Below, piece after piece: positions 59,623 to 64,000 of a stretch of 64,000 bases of DNA (within the stretch, counting starts at the first letter, position 1; the number at the start of each line of letters is the position of its first letter). A program made the position numbers and the translations under genes. This DNA comes from Bacillota bacterium (GTDB lineage: Bacteria > Bacillota > Sulfobacillia > JAJZYS01 > JAILZS01): the NCBI GenBank assembly GCA_023512375.1, contig JAILZS010000005.1:19370-83369 (forward strand). Reading direction: 5' to 3'. The notes below the pieces were generated by a model. The model did no database searches. It was not told where the DNA came from and saw nothing but the letters and a program-made list of their open reading frames with translations.

Positions 59623-59825
59623 AGCTTCGCACGGCGGCGCGAGAACGCGGTCTTCCTCGGACCGCCAGGGTCCGCTACGAGCGTGGAGCGGCGATCCTGA
59701 CGGCGAACGGCAACGATCGGGAGTGGGGGCAGGCGTTCCACGACTCGGTGCGGGCGACGGCGGTCCTGAACCGGATGTTGCGCCGCTCGGTGGCGGGCAA
59801 CATGAAGGGGGGCCAGAGCCACCGG
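59623..59825 (+). pseudogene. istB: IS21-family IstB ATPase remnant (internally deleted)
   Basis: RRENAVFLGPPG (Walker A region) joined to RYERGAAILTAN...EWG..F.DSV.ATAVLNRML...G.SHR. Confidence 0.7.
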
Positions 59826-59926
59826 TTCTCCCCGGGGGGTTCCCCTGTGGCGCTCCATCGTGATGTTGGCAGGTGGCGACATGTCGGCCCGCGTTCCCAC
59901 TCGCCCGGGGTGAGCGAAGGTCAGGT

Positions 59927-60319
59927 TTACCAGATGACCTCCACACGGTAGACCCGAAGCGCCGGGTCTGCGCTCAACAGTGGGAGCCCCTCCACCATGG
60001 CCTGGGCCATCAACAGCCGGTCGAAGGGATCCCGGTGATGGAGAGGAAGGCGGGCCACTCGGAGGGTATGGCCCAATAGGACGGGCAACACCTGCAGTCG
60101 GTTCACTTCCACCTGCTGGCGTACGACGTCTTCGAGATCCTTCCCCTCAGACAGCACAAGACGTCCCAAGCCCGCCTTGATCGCGATCTCCCACGTGCTG
60201 GCGGTACTGAGAACAACTTCGTTTTCCGGCGCAGCGATGGTACGCCGAGCATGCGCGGAGAGGCGCGGATCGTCGGTGATCCATCACAACAAGGCGTGGG
60301 TGTCGAGTAGCAGTCTCAC
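59927..60319 (-). pseudogene. vapC: VapC/PIN toxin with in-frame nonsense codon
   Basis: VRLLLDTHALL*WITDDPRLS...SxWEIAIK...HRDPFDRLL.AQA; TGA at 60284-60286. Confidence 0.85.
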
Positions 60320-60549
60320 CGCTCGAACGCCCTCAAGAGTTCCTCTGGCAGGGGGGCGTCGAAGTTCGGTGCCACATGGATCAGCCCCCGGGCGCCGCCA
60401 GGACGGCGCGGTGCCGCCTCGTCCAGGCTCGTGAGGCGAGCGATGGGCTTACCCGCCCTGGCGATGATCACGTCTTCTCCTTGCCGCACCGCCTCCAGTA
60501 ACTGAGAAAGGTGCGTCTTGGCCTGGTGCACGTTCACTGTCCGCGCCAT
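60316..60549 (-). CDS. type II antitoxin, Phd/YefM family
   Basis: VNVHQAKTHLSQLL..V..GEDVIIARAGKPIARL, FDAPLPEE. Confidence 0.9.
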   Translation of the reverse strand: MARTVNVHQAKTHLSQLLEAVRQGEDVIIARAGKPIARLTSLDEAAPRRPGGARGLIHVAPNFDAPLPEELLRAFER

Positions 60550-60568
60550 TGTTCCACCCCCCAAAGCC

Positions 60569-60592
60569 TGACTAAGTCTAGCGACTTAGTCA
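60569..60592. promoter_or_regulatory. palindromic TA operator
   Basis: Perfect inverted repeat TGACTAAGTC-TAGC-GACTTAGTCA just upstream of the antitoxin. Confidence 0.7.
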
Positions 60593-60774
60593 CATGACTT
60601 CCACCCGTGAGCATTCTCTTTGAGGGCGTTGGATGGGAGCAGTGATGCCTGCGGCCGAATGCACTGGGCAGCGGCGAGGGAGATGGCCTGGCGCTCATAC
60701 GATGCACGCATGAGCCCACCTCCCAACATCGGCGGCACCTCCAGATCTGGAACGATCCAGGAAGGTGGTTTCGA

Positions 60775-60816
60775 GGGGGGGTCAATTCGATTCCGGCCCA
60801 CCTGGGTCAACGGACA
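60775..60816 (+). mobile_element. IS21-like right-end remnant
   Basis: Repeated GGGTCAA units (60779, 60804) ending ...GACA, resembling IS21 subterminal repeats; near the istB relic. Confidence 0.4.
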
Positions 60817-60951
60817 ACCGGCCGCTACACGTACGGCCAGGCCACTTTCGCGGAAGGGGGTGCCAAGCGCCCGCCTGTCGAGAGAGGTTACCACGGATGC
60901 GTCGCGTCGCTAAGTGTATCTACGCGAGTACACCACCCAAATGGCCGAACA

Positions 60952-60982
60952 CCGGGGCCGCCCCCGTTGGGAGCGGCCCCGG
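60952..60982 (-). terminator. hairpin downstream of oppA
   Basis: CCGGGGCCGCCCCC/GGGAGCGGCCCCGG stem ~20 nt after the stop; weak U-tract. Confidence 0.45.
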
Positions 60983-61000
60983 CATCGCGAGCGGTTGGCG

Positions 61001-62629
61001 TTACTTGGTGGGCGCCCAGTCGTAGCAGTTCCAGGTGTCGATCATCCAGGGGTTGGGGACGTAACCCGTCATGTCGATCGAGGTGTCGATCTCCTGCGGG
61101 CTGTACAGGAACAGCTGCGGCAGCTGGTCGTGGATGATCACCTCGGCCTGGCGCAGGGTCTTCTGGCGCTGGGCCTGGGTGGTCTCGGTGTTCGCCTGGG
61201 CGAACAGCTTGTCCAGGGCCGGGTCGGAGAAGTTCCCGTAGTTGTTCACGCCGCCCGTACCGTACATGGGCTGCATGCCCGCCTCCGGGTCGAGGCCCTC
61301 CGCGTACTCGAACTCGCCCATGTCCCATCCCTTACCGGAGGGCAGGACGGTGCCGAAGTAGGCGTTGGCCGGGTAGTCCTTGATGATCACCTGCACGCCG
61401 ATCTGCTTGAACCAGAACTGGATGAGCTCCTGGTCCAGGGCGCGCCAGGGGTTGTTGGCCGTGGTCGAGTACACGAGGGTGAACGTCTTGCCGTTCTTCT
61501 GCAGGTACCCGTTCGGGCCCATCTTGAAGCCCTGGGAGAGAAGGATCTGCTTCGCCTTGGCGAGGTTGAACGGGTAGGGCTTGAGGTTCGGGTTGTGGGC
61601 CCAGGAGTCCGGCGGCTGGTCGGCGGCGGCCGGCACGGCGTGGCCGAGCCACACCTTCTGGATGAGGGCCTGGGTGTTGATCGCCATCTGCAGCGCCTGG
61701 CGCACCTTCACGTTCTGCAGGAACGGGTTGCGCAGGTTGAGCTGGATGCCCTCCCAGGCCGGCTGCACGGTGAAGTGCACCGTAGCCCCGGGGATGGCCT
61801 GCAGCTGCTTCACCTGGGTGATGGAGTTGAAGTAGTAGACGTTGATCGAGTGGCTCTGGGCGTCGGCCAGGAGGGTGTTCTCATCCGGGACGACCTCGAA
61901 CACGATCTCCTTTGCCTTGGGCTTGGGACCGAACCAGTGCGGGTTGGGGACGACGGTGATCGACGTGCCCGGGATCCACTGCTTGAACTCGAACGGCCCG
62001 TTGGTGATCGTCGGGTCGTGGTTGTACGCGGCCGAGTTGGCGGCCTTGCCGGTGAGGTGGGCGAAGACCGCAGCCGGCACGATGCCCGGGTAGTCGGTGG
62101 CGAAGATGTCCGCCACGAGGGGCTGGAACGGCTGCTTGAGGATGACCTGGAACTTGTAGGGGTTGATCACCTTGATGTTCTGGATGTCGCTCCAGCCCAC
62201 CGTGGAAGCGGCGACGAAGCCGGGGCTCATGACGAGCTTCCAGGTCGCCACCACGTCGGCCGCCGTGAAGGGCGTACCGTTGTTCCACGTTGTGTGCTTG
62301 AGGGTGAACGTGTACACCTTGCCGCCGTTCGTGATCGTGGGCAGCGAGGTGGCGATGAGCGGGATGATCTTCCCCTGCGGGTTCGTGTAGTACAGGTTGG
62401 CGAACAGGGTGGTCATCACCATGTCGCCGAAGGTCATGGTCGGCCCCGCCGCGGGGTTGAGCAGGTTGGGCTCCTCGAAGATGCCGTCGACGATGACGCC
62501 GTTGCCGGGTTTCACGCTGGCGCGGTGGGTCTGGGCCAGGGCCTGCGGGGCCATCGTGCCCAGCGCGCCCACCACGAGGCTGGCGCTGGCCAGGGCCGCG
62601 CCGACCTTCCCCAAGAGGGTGCGCGTCAT
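61001..62629 (-). CDS. peptide/nickel ABC transporter substrate-binding protein (family 5, OppA/DppA-like)
   Basis: YTFTL...WNNGTPFTAADV, NGPF, NPHWFG, VRQALQMAIN, PFNLAKAKQIL; N-terminal signal peptide. Confidence 0.9.
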   Translation of the reverse strand: MTRTLLGKVGAALASASLVVGALGTMAPQALAQTHRASVKPGNGVIVDGIFEEPNLLNPAAGPTMTFGDMVMTTLFANLYYTNPQGKIIPLIATSLPTITNGGKVYTFTLKHTTWNNGTPFTAADVVATWKLVMSPGFVAASTVGWSDIQNIKVINPYKFQVILKQPFQPLVADIFATDYPGIVPAAVFAHLTGKAANSAAYNHDPTITNGPFEFKQWIPGTSITVVPNPHWFGPKPKAKEIVFEVVPDENTLLADAQSHSINVYYFNSITQVKQLQAIPGATVHFTVQPAWEGIQLNLRNPFLQNVKVRQALQMAINTQALIQKVWLGHAVPAAADQPPDSWAHNPNLKPYPFNLAKAKQILLSQGFKMGPNGYLQKNGKTFTLVYSTTANNPWRALDQELIQFWFKQIGVQVIIKDYPANAYFGTVLPSGKGWDMGEFEYAEGLDPEAGMQPMYGTGGVNNYGNFSDPALDKLFAQANTETTQAQRQKTLRQAEVIIHDQLPQLFLYSPQEIDTSIDMTGYVPNPWMIDTWNCYDWAPTK

Positions 62630-62863
62630 GCCCGTCTCCTACCTCCTTGCACACTCGGGTCGAAGCTCGAGGCCCGGGCAGGGCCAAGTCGGGCGCGCGC
62701 GGCACCCCCGGCCGCGGGCGCGGTGGAAGCGGACGCACGGCACCGGGCCGGCGGCGGCTGCTCGACGACGCAGGTCAGCCCCTTCTGGCACTCGTTGGCC
62801 GCGTTGCACGGCTCGGCCTCGCCCCGCGGACCCGCCCGCCACCACCCTCCCCCCTCCCCCACC

Positions 62864-63058
62864 CGCTTGCACCCGCAGGCCACGGTGTCGACGCCGCTGA
62901 CGTTTGACGAGTTGGCAGCCGGGGTGTCCCCCGAACAATTCACGGTGTTGACCGTACCCAGGCGCGTTCAACGTTTTGGCGACCTGATGCAAGTGGGTCC
63001 CCCTGCGCGCTTACAGCCCATCCTCAGCTTTTTACGGCGGCACAGCCGTTTCGCGTGA
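62864..63058 (+). pseudogene. C-terminal fragment of a LigD polymerase/primase domain
   Basis: RLHPQATVSTPLTFDEL...PEQFTV.TVP.RV..FGDL matches the LigD-Pol C-terminal motif; 5' part absent. Confidence 0.6.
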
Positions 63059-63119
63059 CCACCGCGCGCGACCCCAGGGTTTCGAGTATAATCGGGGTGT
63101 TGCCAAAGGAGGGAACGGT

Positions 63120-63932
63120 ATGCAACCCGCATTCGCCATCATCGGCGGCACGGGTGTGTACGACCCAGCCCTGCTGGAGGGGGCACAGGTACAGTTGGTC
63201 GAGACACCCTACGGGTCTGTCCAGGTCACGGTGGGCCGCTACCACAATCAAGATGTGGCCTTTTTACCGCGTCACGGCGCAGGTCACAGCGTTCCCCCGC
63301 ACAGGGTGAACTACCGCGCCAATCTGTGGGCGTTGAAACAATTAGGGGTCAGCCAAGTGTTGGCCACGGCTGCCGTAGGATCACTGCAACACACTTATGA
63401 GCCAGGCTCGTTGGTGTTGGTCGACGGTTTTTTGGACTTTACCAAATCCAGGCCCATCACGTTTTTTGACACGGGTCCTGTCGTCCACGTCGATATGACG
63501 GACCCGTACTGCGGCCGGTTGCGCGCGCAACTGCGCGCGGCAGCAGGGCGTTTGGGTCTGACGTTGCACGACGGCGGAACCTACGTATGTACGGAAGGCC
63601 CGCGTTTCGAGACACCGCAGGAAATCCGGTTTTACCAGTCGATTGGCGGTGCCGTGGTGGGCATGACGTCTGTCCCGGAGGTCGTGCTGGCCAAGGAAGC
63701 GGAGCTGTGTTACGCCTGCGTCTGCATGGTCACCAACTATGGTGCCGGCATCAGCCCGACACCTTTGACACACGAGGAAGTGGTGGCGGCGATGGCAGCC
63801 AATGTTCACCGCATTCGCCAGCTGTTTTTCACCGTGATTGAAGCCGGTGAACATACGCGCGACTGTCGCTGCCCTCAGGCGGTGCAAGGCCAACGGCCGC
63901 TGGGGCCAGAGAAAGGGGAGAGCGCACACTGA
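63120..63932 (+). CDS. mtnP: S-methyl-5'-thioadenosine phosphorylase
   Basis: IIGGTG, TPYG, FLPRHG..H..PPH.VNYRAN, EGPRFET, VVGMT, VTNY; TATAAT at 63087 and AAGGAGG RBS. Confidence 0.93.
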   Translation: MQPAFAIIGGTGVYDPALLEGAQVQLVETPYGSVQVTVGRYHNQDVAFLPRHGAGHSVPPHRVNYRANLWALKQLGVSQVLATAAVGSLQHTYEPGSLVLVDGFLDFTKSRPITFFDTGPVVHVDMTDPYCGRLRAQLRAAAGRLGLTLHDGGTYVCTEGPRFETPQEIRFYQSIGGAVVGMTSVPEVVLAKEAELCYACVCMVTNYGAGISPTPLTHEEVVAAMAANVHRIRQLFFTVIEAGEHTRDCRCPQAVQGQRPLGPEKGESAH

Positions 63933-64000
63933 AGGCACTGGAATGGACGGGGGATGGCTTGCGCTTGCTCGACCAGACCCGTTTGCCACAGGCCCAGGTT
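63929..64000 (+). CDS. mtnA: methylthioribose-1-phosphate isomerase, 5' end (partial)
   Basis: LKALEWTGDGLRLLDQTRLP is the MtnA N-terminal motif; follows mtnP; truncated by window edge. Confidence 0.75.
   Translation, partial: MKALEWTGDGLRLLDQTRLPQAQV

Noticed and set aside
60284-60286. Selenocysteine or recoded TGA in vapC
   Set aside because: The position is a conserved Trp, not Cys; TGA is used as a normal stop throughout the window; a simple nonsense change is more parsimonious.

Overview
Very GC-rich bacterial chromosomal DNA, most likely from a spore-forming Bacillota (inferred from a DarA/PstA-like protein, a YtrA-type GntR, a SASP-like ORF and a Bacillota-style NrdJ N-terminus). The left third is housekeeping: tagO/wecA 3' end, wecB, a complete F1Fo ATP synthase operon, nrdR with tandem NrdR boxes, an intein-containing class II ribonucleotide reductase, fabF, fumC, csaA, ychF, hemL, smpB, tmRNA and rdgB. 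Between two convergent tRNA genes (Pro at 23980, Gly at 37548) lies a ~13 kb accessory block. It holds an ISL3 relic, a vapBC pair, decayed genes, an MctP-like symporter and the most striking feature: a sigma-A promoter, fluoride (crcB-class) riboswitch and attenuator driving a six-gene Ni-less hydrogenase-related (Ehr/Hyf-like) membrane complex. The right half holds a GGDEF protein, an ADH-SCP2-ALDH-HAD operon, a class II aldolase/radical SAM pair, a pntAAB-gltD-like-kor-por redox supercluster, a YtrA ABC operon, IS21 relics around a vapBC pair with a dead toxin and an orphan OppA. An abrupt compositional junction at ~62860 is followed by a ligD fragment, mtnP and the start of mtnA. All calls come from motif recognition by eye; no database searches were run.
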